Positions 28,933 to 39,196 of a stretch of DNA of 64,000 bases are shown here, one piece after another (the first letter of the stretch is position 1; each line of letters starts with the position of its first letter). This stretch comes from an uncultured Spirochaetota bacterium. GTDB lineage: Bacteria > Spirochaetota > UBA4802 > UBA5550. Where the stretch lies: the NCBI GenBank assembly GCA_963827275.1, contig CAWHAA010000005.1, forward strand, positions 192,001-256,000, written 5' to 3'. The notes below the pieces were generated by a model. That model was not told the DNA's origin and made no database searches. It saw only the letters and a program-made list of their open reading frames with translations. The translations under genes and the position numbers were made by a program.

Positions 28933-28987
28933 CAGCCGCCAGCCGGCGCGCAATCAATTGAAGCAGAGAAAAACCCGCACACCCCTG

Positions 28988-29404
28988 TTATAGGTTGTAG
29001 TCGCCCGCGGCTTCCGGCTGATACAGGATCTCCTCGATAACGAAATACTGGTCTCCGGATGGATTGTTTTTGATCACCGTGCCGATGGTACTGCCGAGTA
29101 TCTGCGCGCCCAAACCGGACAACACGTTGATTTTCTCCTTTTCGTCTGCGCAGTCATTGGGGAAAACAAGGGAATATACGTACTTCTTTCCGTTGCCGAT
29201 ATTTTTCAGGCGAAACTTCGTGTTCATGGTAACGACATTGGGACGAATCTCATGGGGGTCCACAAGATGCGAATGCTTGAAATCCTTTTTGAGGACATCG
29301 GCATTTTGCACTTCCTGGGTCGAAACAGCGCCCCTGTTCTGGATAATGTCAAAAAGACGCTCGAAATCATAGCGGGAAAAAATTTTACCTTTAGCCTTGC
29401 GCAT
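28988..29404 (-). CDS. GreA/GreB-domain protein (Rnk-like)
   Basis: DFERL, VVTMNTK, LVFP, INVLSGLGAQILG, EEILYQPEAAGD; GGAGG RBS. Confidence 0.85.
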   Translation of the reverse strand: MRKAKGKIFSRYDFERLFDIIQNRGAVSTQEVQNADVLKKDFKHSHLVDPHEIRPNVVTMNTKFRLKNIGNGKKYVYSLVFPNDCADEKEKINVLSGLGAQILGSTIGTVIKNNPSGDQYFVIEEILYQPEAAGDYNL

Positions 29405-29656
29405 ACCCTCCTCCAAAAAAATCACGCCGGTGTAGATATAAATGGTTGATCATAGAATCGGGAACACTCTGAAGTGCACCGAATAGGTTTGCGCAATATG
29501 ACGGTTCTGTCAACTGGAATATGAAAAAATGGCGATAAAATTCATGGAGGCGGTTAAATTTTACAGCACAGCCGGATTGAAATAATGCGACATAGTGCGG
29601 TACATACAGACGGCCCGGTTGGCCGGGCCGTCATCTGCTGTCACGGCATCGACTGT

Positions 29657-30274
29657 TTATTTCATGATGATAAAATCCGCTGCCGGCACGCCGCAGATGC
29701 CGCAGTTGTCCGGCGCCGTACCGGCTATGGTATTGCCGCACACGGGGCAAACAGCATACGAATCGGCAAGACCGGCAACATCATTTTTCTCCAGCGCGGC
29801 AAGGGCCCCACGGTACAGGACAAGGTGCACCTTTTCGACCTGGAAGGCATAATCAAACGAGCCGGCCGCATCATCCTTTCCCTCATCCTTTGCTTTCTTG
29901 ATGAAATCGGGATACATGCTGTCAATTTCATGGGATTCGCCCTTTATGGCGTCCATCAGGTTTTCTTTGGTGGATTTGACGGTAACTTGCGGGGTTATGG
30001 GATCCATCGCGGCGCCCATCTTATCGAGGACGGCGGTATGCTTCTGCGCATGGATCGCTTCAGCCTTTGAAGCGGCTTCAAATAGTTTTGCGATTTTTTC
30101 AAGTTTCTCTTCTTTCGCCTTTTTCGCATAGGCGGCGTATTTCGCGCTCGCCGTTGTCTCTCCCGTGATTGCGGCTTTCAGGTTTTCAACCGTCCCCGCC
30201 TGTTTTTTGCATCCGGAAACGGCCATCGCTGCGACGGAAAAACAGACAAGGCTGATCAGCAGATAGTTCTTCAT
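29657..30274 (-). CDS. Rubrerythrin with N-terminal lipoprotein signal
   Basis: MKNYLLISLVCFSVAAMAVSG|C; TVENLKAAITGE, EAIH, GESHE..MYP, EKVH; C-terminal CPVCG...CGICG; GGAGG RBS. Confidence 0.9.
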   Translation of the reverse strand: MKNYLLISLVCFSVAAMAVSGCKKQAGTVENLKAAITGETTASAKYAAYAKKAKEEKLEKIAKLFEAASKAEAIHAQKHTAVLDKMGAAMDPITPQVTVKSTKENLMDAIKGESHEIDSMYPDFIKKAKDEGKDDAAGSFDYAFQVEKVHLVLYRGALAALEKNDVAGLADSYAVCPVCGNTIAGTAPDNCGICGVPAADFIIMK

Positions 30275-30425
30275 GGTATCCTCCAATATAGTAGAATTGC
30301 TGCGAGACCCGGATCCAGCGCCCGTGAAAGCCCGCCAGGGCCCCCGCAAGGGACCTCACCCGTGGTCCGCACAAGAACAGGATCAACATATAATTGTACT
30401 GATATTATTACAAACAAAAAGGCGT

Positions 30426-31056
30426 TCAGGTAAGCATTTTTTTCAGATTATCCATGATATCGGGAATGGGGTCCTCACGATTGCGGGAAAAATGGACCCG
30501 GTGCTTCGATTTCTGGAAATCTGACATGTTGTAGCGCAGTAACTGGGCCGCAATCGCGTTCATCATGAAGGCGATCACATCTATATCGATGTCCTTGCGG
30601 ACCTCCCCCCGGGCGATTCCTTTTTTCAGCACGCTTTTCCATTCAAGCACGCCCTGCCGGTACAGCTCGGACGTGTGATCTGAATACTGGGCATTATACG
30701 GCAGGCTGCTCTCATGCCATAGACAGATCAGCTCCGGCTGTTCACGGCCGATTTTCAGGGACCGCTCAAAGATCGACCGGATATGCGAAAACGTGTCGCC
30801 GCAGTCGCCGAGCGGCTCGAAGGTCTGTGCGCTGCAGATCAATGCCCATCGTTATGATGGTATGGACAAGGTCTTCCTTGGTGGCGAAATAGGTGTAGAT
30901 GGAACCATACGAGACGCCCATCTCCTGCGCGATGTCTTCGATTTTTGCGTTCGAAAACCCCCTGCTCCCCAGTACCTTGACTGAGGCCCCGATAAGCCGC
31001 AGCCGCTTTTCTTCCGGGATATTATCGAAGGTATCCTTGTGGTATTTCTTTTTCAT
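30426..31056 (-). CDS. TetR/AcrR family regulator (frameshift at about 30830)
   Basis: TFDNIPEEKR...IEDIAQEMGVSYGSIYTYFATKEDL HTH, continuing one frame over as QTFEPLG...GIARGEVRKDID. Confidence 0.85.
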
Positions 31057-31285
31057 ATACGACGGATATCACCCTTTTGCGTTGAATGCCACCTCACAAT
31101 TTGAGCGACAACCATATATTGTCAAGACATTTCACGCGGCGTGGCGGCCGCCTGTTTACGCCCGGCGGAGATCCGGCAATCGCCGCAGGGGGGAGAATAT
31201 ATTTTCTTGACAAATACCCGTGACGTTCATAGCGTTTCCGGACATTCAGAACTGGGAATGAAAGCATCGCCGCCGGGAGGCCTCA

Positions 31286-31927
31286 TTGGAACTATTGATG
31301 ACATTCGTGGATATTATCCTCCATGTGGATAAATACCTTGACCTAATAATCAAGACGTTCGGCGTCTGGTCGTACGTGATCCTGTTCGTCATCGTCTTCT
31401 GCGAAACCGGGCTCGTGGTGACGCCCTTCCTGCCGGGGGATTCCCTGCTCTTCGCGGCGGGCGCGCTGGCGGCCATCGGGTCCTTTGATGTTACGCTGCT
31501 GGTCGTGCTGTTCGCCTCCGCCGCAATCATCGGCGACAACGTGAACTACTGGATAGGCCACTTCGTGGGGCCGAAGATATTTCACAAGGAGAACGTCCGG
31601 TTCCTCAACAGGAAGCACCTGGACCGTACGCATGAATTCTACGAAAAACACGGCGGCAAGACCGTTATCCTGGCGCGGTTCATACCCATCATCCGGACCT
31701 TCATGCCCTTCGTCGCAGGGCTGGGCAGGATGAAATACCCGCGTTTTCTCGCCTACGATATTACCGGCGGCATCCTCTGGCCTGCGATCTTCGTGCTCTC
31801 GGGATACTATTTCGGCAACCTGGCTATCGTAAAAAAATATTTCTCGCTCGTGGTGATCGCGATAATACTGATCTCCGTGATGCCGATCCTCTACCATGTA
31901 ATCCGCATGCGGCTTAACAAGGAATAA
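31286..31927 (+). CDS. dedA: DedA family membrane protein
   Basis: FCETGLVVTPFLPGDSLLFAAG, GDNVNYWIG, HGGKTVILARFIPIIRTF. Confidence 0.95.
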   Translation: MELLMTFVDIILHVDKYLDLIIKTFGVWSYVILFVIVFCETGLVVTPFLPGDSLLFAAGALAAIGSFDVTLLVVLFASAAIIGDNVNYWIGHFVGPKIFHKENVRFLNRKHLDRTHEFYEKHGGKTVILARFIPIIRTFMPFVAGLGRMKYPRFLAYDITGGILWPAIFVLSGYYFGNLAIVKKYFSLVVIAIILISVMPILYHVIRMRLNKE

Positions 31928-32150
31928 CCGCGCGCCGTCCCCGTCGGTCCGGATACGCGGACCAATTACCCGCACCGCTACAAGATGATTATCACCCGTC
32001 CCGCATTGTCCGGGACACCGGCGCCGTCCATGCGGCCGCATAGTTATAACTTGACAAATAACATTCCCGAATATACAAGGTTGAAAGTTACGCAAGGCAT
32101 TGCCGGATGTTGCAAGCCCAGATTAATAAAATTACACGCATCTAACATTT

Positions 32151-33092
32151 ATGAAGCCGGGAAACAACAACATCACCGGGGACCAGGCGAGCGCCGATCA
32201 TGAAAAGCGGACGGCAGCCGCGACGTCAATGATCGCCGCCGTCGGCCTCACGGCGTTCAAAGTCATTGTCGGCGTTTCAACCGGAAGCCTCGGCATACTG
32301 GCAGAAGCGGCGCATTCGGCGCTTGACCTGATCGCGGCGATCATCACCTACCTGGCCATCCGCATCAGCTCCCGGCCCGCCGACAGGACCCACCTGTACG
32401 GCCACGGAAAGGTAGAGAACCTTTCGGCCATGTTTGAAACGATACTCCTGCTGGTGACCTGCGTCTGGATCATCTACGAAGCGGTCAACCGCATCTTCTT
32501 CACAACCGTGGCGGTCGAGGCGTCAGTCTGGGCCTTCCTCGTCATGGGAACATCCATCATCATCGACTATTCCCGGTCGCGGGTCCTCTACCGCGCGGCA
32601 CGCAAGCATAACAGCCAGGCGCTGGAGGCGGACGCGCTCCACTTCAGCACCGACATCTGGAGCTCATCGGTGGTCATCATCGGGCTTATACTGGTGAAGG
32701 TGGCGGAAATCAAAAAGGAGTGGTTCTTTCTCGAAAGGGCCGACGCGATCGCCGCGCTGTTTGTGGCCGTCATCGTTATCTACGTCAGCGTCCGGCTCGG
32801 CATTCGCACGGTGCAGGCGCTCCTGGACGCGGCGCCGCGGGGGCTGTACGCTACCATCAAAAAGACCGTGGAGGAGGTCCCCGGGGTCATGGACTGCCAC
32901 AACATCCGGTTCCGCTCCTCCGGGCCGAGGATCTTCATCGATATCCATATCCTGACAGACGGCACCCAGAGCCTTAACAGCGCGCACGAACTGACCGAGA
33001 TAATCGAACAAAAGATACAGGAGTCCCTGCCCCAGGCGGACATCATGGTGCATCCCGAGCCCGGAACTAATGACACCGCCACTGATGACTGA
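32151..33092 (+). CDS. Cation diffusion facilitator (FieF-like) transporter
   Basis: EAAHSALD, HLYGHGKVE, ADALHFSTD, C-terminal ZT-dimer domain ending VHPEP. Confidence 0.93.
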   Translation: MKPGNNNITGDQASADHEKRTAAATSMIAAVGLTAFKVIVGVSTGSLGILAEAAHSALDLIAAIITYLAIRISSRPADRTHLYGHGKVENLSAMFETILLLVTCVWIIYEAVNRIFFTTVAVEASVWAFLVMGTSIIIDYSRSRVLYRAARKHNSQALEADALHFSTDIWSSSVVIIGLILVKVAEIKKEWFFLERADAIAALFVAVIVIYVSVRLGIRTVQALLDAAPRGLYATIKKTVEEVPGVMDCHNIRFRSSGPRIFIDIHILTDGTQSLNSAHELTEIIEQKIQESLPQADIMVHPEPGTNDTATDD

Positions 33093-33179
33093 CCGGCCCA
33101 TGCGGAGGCAGAAACAGCACACACCCTGCTATCATTTTCTCCGCAATCCGGGAACCGCTGCGCGGAGAAGCATGCCCCG

Positions 33180-34799
33180 ATGAAAAAAACCGGCACAACA
33201 CTGCTCATCGCCCTGGCGCTCATCTTCGTCCCCGGCCCATTCTGTCTTCGTCCCGGTGAAATACCCGCTCACGGCCGCGCCGGGTGGCACGATGCAGGGG
33301 GACACACCCTGCTGGCCGTGGAGGCCCCATCAGGAAAGAAGGCAGGGGACGCGCGCTGCATCCGGATAACGATTCTCTTTTTTAACGATCTCCATGGCAA
33401 CCTTGCGCCATTCAAGGTCACGACGGCCGATGGTTCCTCAGAGTATATCGGCGGCATCGCGGGGATGGCCACGCTGGTGAAGGAGATCCGGGCGCAGAAC
33501 ACGCGGCAGGGAATCCGCACCTTCCTGCTTGTGGCCGGGGACGTGCTCCAGGGCACCCCCATGTCCACACTGTTCAAGGGCAAACCGGACATAGAGATAT
33601 TCAATAAAATGGGCGTCGACGCCATGACGGTGGGCAATCATGAGTTCGATTTCGGGCTCGATAACTTTCTCGCGTTGAAGCAGGCGGCGCGATTCAAGAT
33701 TATAAGCTCGAACATCATCTGGAAAGACACAAAAAAGCCGTTGAATGACGCCACGGCGGCGTTCCCCCTGTCAGGAAATGCGGTCCTCACTGTCATAGGG
33801 GCGACCACCACCGAGCTCCTCACCACCACGGCGCCGGGGAACGTCGAGAAGCTCGAGGTCCTTGATCCGGTGGCCACCGTTGCCGGGAAGGTCGGTCCCG
33901 CCGCCCGGAAGGGGCCGGTGATCCTGCTTTCACACAGCAGGTTCCGGACCGATGCCGCCATCGCCAGGGCCAACCCGCGCCTCACCGCCATCATCGGCGG
34001 CCACGACCAGATCCTCTTCGACCCGGTGAAATACGCCTCGGGCGTGCCGGTGTTCCAGGCGTTTGAAAAGGGCCGGTACCTGGGCAGGCTCGATATATCC
34101 TTCGATCCCGGCGCGAGGAAGGCGGCCATCACCGGGTCACGCTATATTCCCGTTACCGCCGGGACCGCGCCGGACCCGGAGATAGCGAAGATCGTCGCCG
34201 ATTATGACGCCCGCCTCGGCGCGATGTACAAGCGGGTGATCGGGGAATCCATGACCGCGATGGACGGCGAGCGGGGGCGCATCCGCTACGAGGAGACGAA
34301 CCTGGGCAATTTCGTGACCGACGTGATGCGGGCCTGCACCGGGTCCGACATCGCCCTCCTGAACGCCGGGTCCCTCCGCGCCGGCCTGGACCGCGGCCCG
34401 GTCACCATCGAGGGCATATTCAGGGTGATGCCGTACCCGAATGAAATCATCGCGGTAACGATGACCGGCGCCGGGATCATGGAAGCGCTTGCCCGCTCCG
34501 TGCGGGGCGCGCGCGAGGACGAGGACGGCGGCTTCCTTCATGTGTCGGGAATCAGCTTCACCATACGGGAAAGAAAACCCGCGGATGTCCTGATCGGCGG
34601 CGCCCCGCTTGAACGGGGGAAAAACTACACGGTCACGATAACCGATTTCATGCATACGGGGGGCGACGGGTATACCATGTTTATCGACAAGCCGGCGACG
34701 AAAACCGGCCTGCCGCTCAGAGAGCTCCTTGTGGACACGGTAAGAAAAAGGGGCAGGATCGACGCGTCCGTGGAAGGACGCATTAAAAGAGAGGAATAG
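33180..34799 (+). CDS. Secreted bifunctional 5'-nucleotidase / UDP-sugar hydrolase
   Basis: Signal peptide; NDLHG, AGD, GNHEFD, LSH, GGH, ETNLGN, NAGSLR, GGDGY. Confidence 0.93.
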   Translation: MKKTGTTLLIALALIFVPGPFCLRPGEIPAHGRAGWHDAGGHTLLAVEAPSGKKAGDARCIRITILFFNDLHGNLAPFKVTTADGSSEYIGGIAGMATLVKEIRAQNTRQGIRTFLLVAGDVLQGTPMSTLFKGKPDIEIFNKMGVDAMTVGNHEFDFGLDNFLALKQAARFKIISSNIIWKDTKKPLNDATAAFPLSGNAVLTVIGATTTELLTTTAPGNVEKLEVLDPVATVAGKVGPAARKGPVILLSHSRFRTDAAIARANPRLTAIIGGHDQILFDPVKYASGVPVFQAFEKGRYLGRLDISFDPGARKAAITGSRYIPVTAGTAPDPEIAKIVADYDARLGAMYKRVIGESMTAMDGERGRIRYEETNLGNFVTDVMRACTGSDIALLNAGSLRAGLDRGPVTIEGIFRVMPYPNEIIAVTMTGAGIMEALARSVRGAREDEDGGFLHVSGISFTIRERKPADVLIGGAPLERGKNYTVTITDFMHTGGDGYTMFIDKPATKTGLPLRELLVDTVRKRGRIDASVEGRIKREE

Positions 34800-34832
34800 C
34801 GTTTATCACACATTCATATTCGTTATCATGAT

Positions 34833-37343
34833 ATGCACCCGGAAGACCTACAATCACTCCCCGTTTATCCCCGGCTCGACGAGATAGCCGACGCCCTCGC
34901 CCGCGACAGGATACTCATGCTCAATGCCGAGACCGGCGCCGGGAAAACCACGCTGGTACCATGGAAGCTGCTCAGCCATGCCGCGTTCTCCGGCTCAAAG
35001 ATCCTGCTCCTCCAGCCCCGCAGGATCGCCGCGCGGGCGGCGGCGGACCGTATCGCCAGCATCCTGGACGAACGCCCGGGGCAGACCGTGGGCCTTCGCA
35101 CCAGGACCGAAACCGCGACAGGGAGATCAACACGGCTCGAGGTAATCACCGAGGGGGTCCTCACGCGCATCATCCAGAACGACCAGGCGCTCGAGGGTTA
35201 CGGGACAATCATCTTCGACGAGTTCCACGAGCGCACCATACAGGCCGACCTGGCCCTGGCCCTCGCGTGGGACTGCCGGAGCACGATCCGCCCCGACATG
35301 AAGCTACTTTTCATGTCCGCGACGCTGCCCGATGCCACGCTCCGTTCGGCCCTCGGCGACATGGAACTCATTGCCGTTCCCGGACGGACCCATCCGGTGC
35401 GGGTGCACTACCGCCCGCCCCTTCCCGACGAAAAACCATGGAACGGGGCCGCGCGGCTTGCCGCCGAAGCGAGGGGGATGGCCGACCTGTCCGGCAGCGG
35501 CGACGTGCTCGTGTTTCTGCCCGGTTTCTACGAGATCAATCGCACCCGTGAAGCCATCCGGCAATCATTCCCCGGCCTGAACGACGGTATCGCCATACTG
35601 CACGGCCAGATCCCGCCCGATGAACAGCGCAGGGTGCTCAATCCCCCGCCGGGAACCGGAAGCCGCATCATCCTGTCAACAAATGTCGCGGAATCCAGCA
35701 TTACGCTGCCGGGAGTCCGCGCCGTTGTGGACATCGGGCTTGAGCGCCGCGTACGGTATCAGCCGCGCACCGGCATGGACCACTGGGACACGGTGATGAT
35801 CAGCGCCGCCTCCGCCGAACAGAGGAGAGGCCGGGCGGGGCGCACGGCCCCCGGCATCTGCCTGCGCTGGTGGAACGAAGCCGGGCGCCGCGAGGCATTC
35901 GCCCCCCCGGAAATACTCGAATCCGACCTCGCGCCCCTCCTCCTCGAAACAGCCCTGTGGGGCGCGGCGTCGCCGTACGACCTCACCTGGATCACCCCGC
36001 CGCAGCAGGCTTCCATGGAGAGGGCATCGGCGCTTTTAAAAAACCTCGGCCTGATCGACGACTCGGGCCGGATAACCGCGTCAGGCCGCAGCGCCGCCGC
36101 GATCGGTCTCCACCCCCGACTGGGCCGCATGGTGCTGGAAGCGGCCAGGAGAGGCTGGTCAGCGGCCGCGGCGGTGACCGCGGCAATAATTGAAGAAGAC
36201 GTGACGATGGGCGGCGATGACCCTGATTTCCGTGACCGCCTCGCCGCCTGGGCGGCATGGGCCGACGGCAGGCGCGGCGCGTTCCCGGACGGGACCGCCC
36301 GCCGCATTTACGACGAAGCGCGCAGGATACTGGGCCGGGCGGGGTCAGAGCACGCACCCGTCACCGGGAGGGACATTGATCCGGACCTGGCGGGAAAGCT
36401 GCTCCTGCTCGCCTTTCCTGACCGGGTGGCCAAAAAGACGTCTACCGATAACTATCTGTCAAGATGGACGCTCGCGACCGGCCGCGGGGCGCGATTGTCA
36501 GGCCCCCTCGGGTCCCATGAATTCATCGCTATTGCCGATCTGGATGGCGGCGAAACCGATGCGCGCATTTTTTCAGCTGCACCGATAACTATCGGGGACC
36601 TCGAAAACGGCCTGGCCGGACAGCCGATAACCGAACATATTGTTGAATGGGACGGCTGGACACCCCATGTCCGCACGATTGAGCGCCTGGATCGTCTGAA
36701 GCTGCGGGACAGACAGGGGAGCCTTCCGCCGGAGGATGTTTTGCGGCAGCATACTATCAAACGCATCGAACAGGAAGGGATTCTTATACTGCCATGGAGC
36801 GATGCTGCACGGCATGTATGCGCACGATCAGCTTTCATACAAAAAAACGGGGGTCAGAGCAACTGGCCCGATCTATCGCCCGAAATCCTTGCCGCTGAAG
36901 CAACAGAATGGCTTATTCCTTTCGGGACCTTCACCGGCGGCCCCATTTTCAGTAACGGGAGTCTCCTTAAGGCGCTGGAATACCGCCTGGGACCGGAACG
37001 ACGGCGCATACTCGCCGCACTGGCCCCCGAACAGATACGGCTTCCCTCCGGGACGATGAAGTCGGTCGATTACATGAGCGGCGACATCCCAGTAATTGCT
37101 GCCCGCCTGCAGGAGTTCTTCGGCTGCGTGGAAACACCGCACCTGTGCGGAATACCCGTACTGCTGCATCTCCTGAGCCCCGCCGGAAGGCCTGTCCAGA
37201 TAACCCGCGACCTGCGGGGATTCTGGGAACGATCATATCCGGATGTAAAAAAGGAGCTCATGGGTCGTTACCCCCGTCATTACTGGCCGGATAACCCGCT
37301 GGCGGCGGAGCCGACGAATCGTGCAAAACCAAAAAAACGGTAA
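34833..37343 (+). CDS. hrpB: ATP-dependent RNA helicase HrpB
   Basis: AETGAGKTT, DEFHER, MSAT, STNVAESSIT, QRRGRAGR, C-terminal LLSPAGRPVQITRDLRGFW...YPRHYWP. Confidence 0.96.
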   Translation: MHPEDLQSLPVYPRLDEIADALARDRILMLNAETGAGKTTLVPWKLLSHAAFSGSKILLLQPRRIAARAAADRIASILDERPGQTVGLRTRTETATGRSTRLEVITEGVLTRIIQNDQALEGYGTIIFDEFHERTIQADLALALAWDCRSTIRPDMKLLFMSATLPDATLRSALGDMELIAVPGRTHPVRVHYRPPLPDEKPWNGAARLAAEARGMADLSGSGDVLVFLPGFYEINRTREAIRQSFPGLNDGIAILHGQIPPDEQRRVLNPPPGTGSRIILSTNVAESSITLPGVRAVVDIGLERRVRYQPRTGMDHWDTVMISAASAEQRRGRAGRTAPGICLRWWNEAGRREAFAPPEILESDLAPLLLETALWGAASPYDLTWITPPQQASMERASALLKNLGLIDDSGRITASGRSAAAIGLHPRLGRMVLEAARRGWSAAAAVTAAIIEEDVTMGGDDPDFRDRLAAWAAWADGRRGAFPDGTARRIYDEARRILGRAGSEHAPVTGRDIDPDLAGKLLLLAFPDRVAKKTSTDNYLSRWTLATGRGARLSGPLGSHEFIAIADLDGGETDARIFSAAPITIGDLENGLAGQPITEHIVEWDGWTPHVRTIERLDRLKLRDRQGSLPPEDVLRQHTIKRIEQEGILILPWSDAARHVCARSAFIQKNGGQSNWPDLSPEILAAEATEWLIPFGTFTGGPIFSNGSLLKALEYRLGPERRRILAALAPEQIRLPSGTMKSVDYMSGDIPVIAARLQEFFGCVETPHLCGIPVLLHLLSPAGRPVQITRDLRGFWERSYPDVKKELMGRYPRHYWPDNPLAAEPTNRAKPKKR

Positions 37344-37482
37344 TGCTAATATATAATTTTGAATACCGATAACTATCGGCTTCCCAATTATCATTTTTCC
37401 ATAAATATCACCAATGGAGCAATAAGCCTCAGCATCAACCGGAGAACCAACGGCCTTGATGCCATCATTACCGATAACTATC
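36444..37482 (+). repeat. Cluster of four ACCGATAACTATC(GG) motif copies (36444, 36581, 37365, 37470)
   Basis: Exact 13-mer read at each position; two inside hrpB and two in the downstream intergenic region. Confidence 0.85.
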
Positions 37483-37534
37483 AAAATATTATTTGACATC
37501 TCCCGGTAATACAATTTTTTGAATCAAACCAACC

Positions 37535-38596
37535 ATGATACGAAGGACCATAAAATATTACACCGAAGGCATCCCGCCCCGCAACGACTACCCCCGGGGA
37601 ATGCGCGGATTAAGCAAATACCTCGCTGCCATATTTGACATCTGGCCGGTGGGCATACAGCGCATCATGAAGCTCCAGCCCGTCTTTTCGCTGGCCACCA
37701 GCCTTGTCGTTATCCTTCTTTTCAAAAAGGGGTTCGAGTATGTGCCGATTGTAATTGTTTCGGTGATATTCGCCTTTTTTTATATTACCTTCCGGTTGTA
37801 CCTGCTAAAACAACGATCAAACATACTTACCTCATTATGGGATACGGCGCTTATCTTCATCCTCAACAACATGCTCCTGTTTGTGCTACCGTTCTATTTT
37901 GAATCAATGACATTCCCATCCCGCAACATTCTCTTTGCGCCGATCATCGTTATCATTGCCGTAATCGCCGGCTGGTATGAACTCTACCAGCGACTTGTTG
38001 CGCGACACCCCTTGAGAAGCTCATTCTTCTATGCCCTGACGTTTTTTTGTGTCCTGAACCTCCTTCTCCCCATACTCTTTGGCGTGAGAAATATCTGGAG
38101 CCTTTTAATTTCCGGGGGAATTGCCGCGACAGCGGTCATCGTTTTCGTATATCCTCACATTGACATGCTCAAGAACAGGAAAAACACCGCCATTTTTATC
38201 ATGGGAATCGCGCTCTTCTTCGTGCTGTTATGGTTCGGCAGGAGCCTTATACCCCCGGCACCCCTGAAGCTGACACGTGCCACGGCATGTCGCGGGATTG
38301 AAGACTTCCGCCCCATGGACGCCTTCAAAGCAGAAGAAGCAGCCTCGATACCGGAGGTCTATTTCTACTCATCCATCTTCGCGCCACGCGGACTCGCCGA
38401 AAAGATCAACCATGTATGGTCCATAAATGGGCAAAAGCTCCTCACTATTTCATTAAGCGAAATTCAGGGGGGCAGAAAAGGGGGATTTGGAACGTGGTCA
38501 CGCCGTACCATACTGGAGGGACCGGGCAGATATACCATAGAAGTCTGGACCGCAGGGGGCCAGCTATTGGGGACAGGAACGTTTATACTGCATTGA
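37535..38596 (+). CDS. Multi-pass membrane protein with C-terminal DUF2914-like domain
   Basis: About 8 TM helices, then IFAPRGL..KINHVW...IQGGRKGGFGTWS...VEVWTAGGQLLG. Confidence 0.8.
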   Translation: MIRRTIKYYTEGIPPRNDYPRGMRGLSKYLAAIFDIWPVGIQRIMKLQPVFSLATSLVVILLFKKGFEYVPIVIVSVIFAFFYITFRLYLLKQRSNILTSLWDTALIFILNNMLLFVLPFYFESMTFPSRNILFAPIIVIIAVIAGWYELYQRLVARHPLRSSFFYALTFFCVLNLLLPILFGVRNIWSLLISGGIAATAVIVFVYPHIDMLKNRKNTAIFIMGIALFFVLLWFGRSLIPPAPLKLTRATACRGIEDFRPMDAFKAEEAASIPEVYFYSSIFAPRGLAEKINHVWSINGQKLLTISLSEIQGGRKGGFGTWSRRTILEGPGRYTIEVWTAGGQLLGTGTFILH

Positions 38597-38740
38597 GAAC
38601 GGCGAGGACCATACCGTGCCCTTCTCTTCTATTTAATGGCGTCCCGGCAATAAAGATTGTTGACATTTTTAATTGCAATTGTTATAATTCTCTAAATTAT
38701 GAAATTAAAACAAAAATTGTAGATTCACCCAGAGGATACA

Positions 38741-39031
38741 ATGAAGATAAAAATAAACCAGACGAGTGACATTGTAAAGGTCGTAATTGAAGGGAACCTT
38801 GAGGCCACCACCATAAAACCCTTCAGTGACAAGATTGCAAATATACCCGGGTATGACAAGGACGTCGAGATTGACCTGGCCCTTGTTGACTACATCGATT
38901 CTTCCGGCATCCGGGCCCTGCTTACTTTAAAAAAGAAGCTCAAGGAACTGGACAAGAACCTTACCATAGCAAACTCATCGGAAAATGTAAAAAGAATACT
39001 GCAGCTTTCATCACTCCAGGGCGTACTGTAA
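38741..39031 (+). CDS. STAS-domain anti-sigma-factor antagonist
   Basis: IDLALVDYIDSSGIRAL. Confidence 0.9.
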   Translation: MKIKINQTSDIVKVVIEGNLEATTIKPFSDKIANIPGYDKDVEIDLALVDYIDSSGIRALLTLKKKLKELDKNLTIANSSENVKRILQLSSLQGVL

Positions 39032-39196
39032 ACTGGACATTACGGCATTCGGGCCGGAATTCTTAAAGCACCCGGGATCATGCATGTCCGACGCCGCCTT
39101 TACAATAACGATACTGATGCCGTCACAATGCGTATTTAATTTACGTGAATAGCTGGATCCTTGATTATACACATACAGATCGAAGAGGTACGTTTC

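Noticed and set aside
30385..30415. PerR/Fur box upstream of the rubrerythrin
   Set aside because: AT-rich, but only a half match to TTATAATnATTATAA; not supportable.
37365..37482. Intergenic ACCGATAA copies as sigma28 -10 elements
   Set aside because: No correctly spaced TAAA -35, and it would not explain the conserved CTATC(GG) half or the coding copies.
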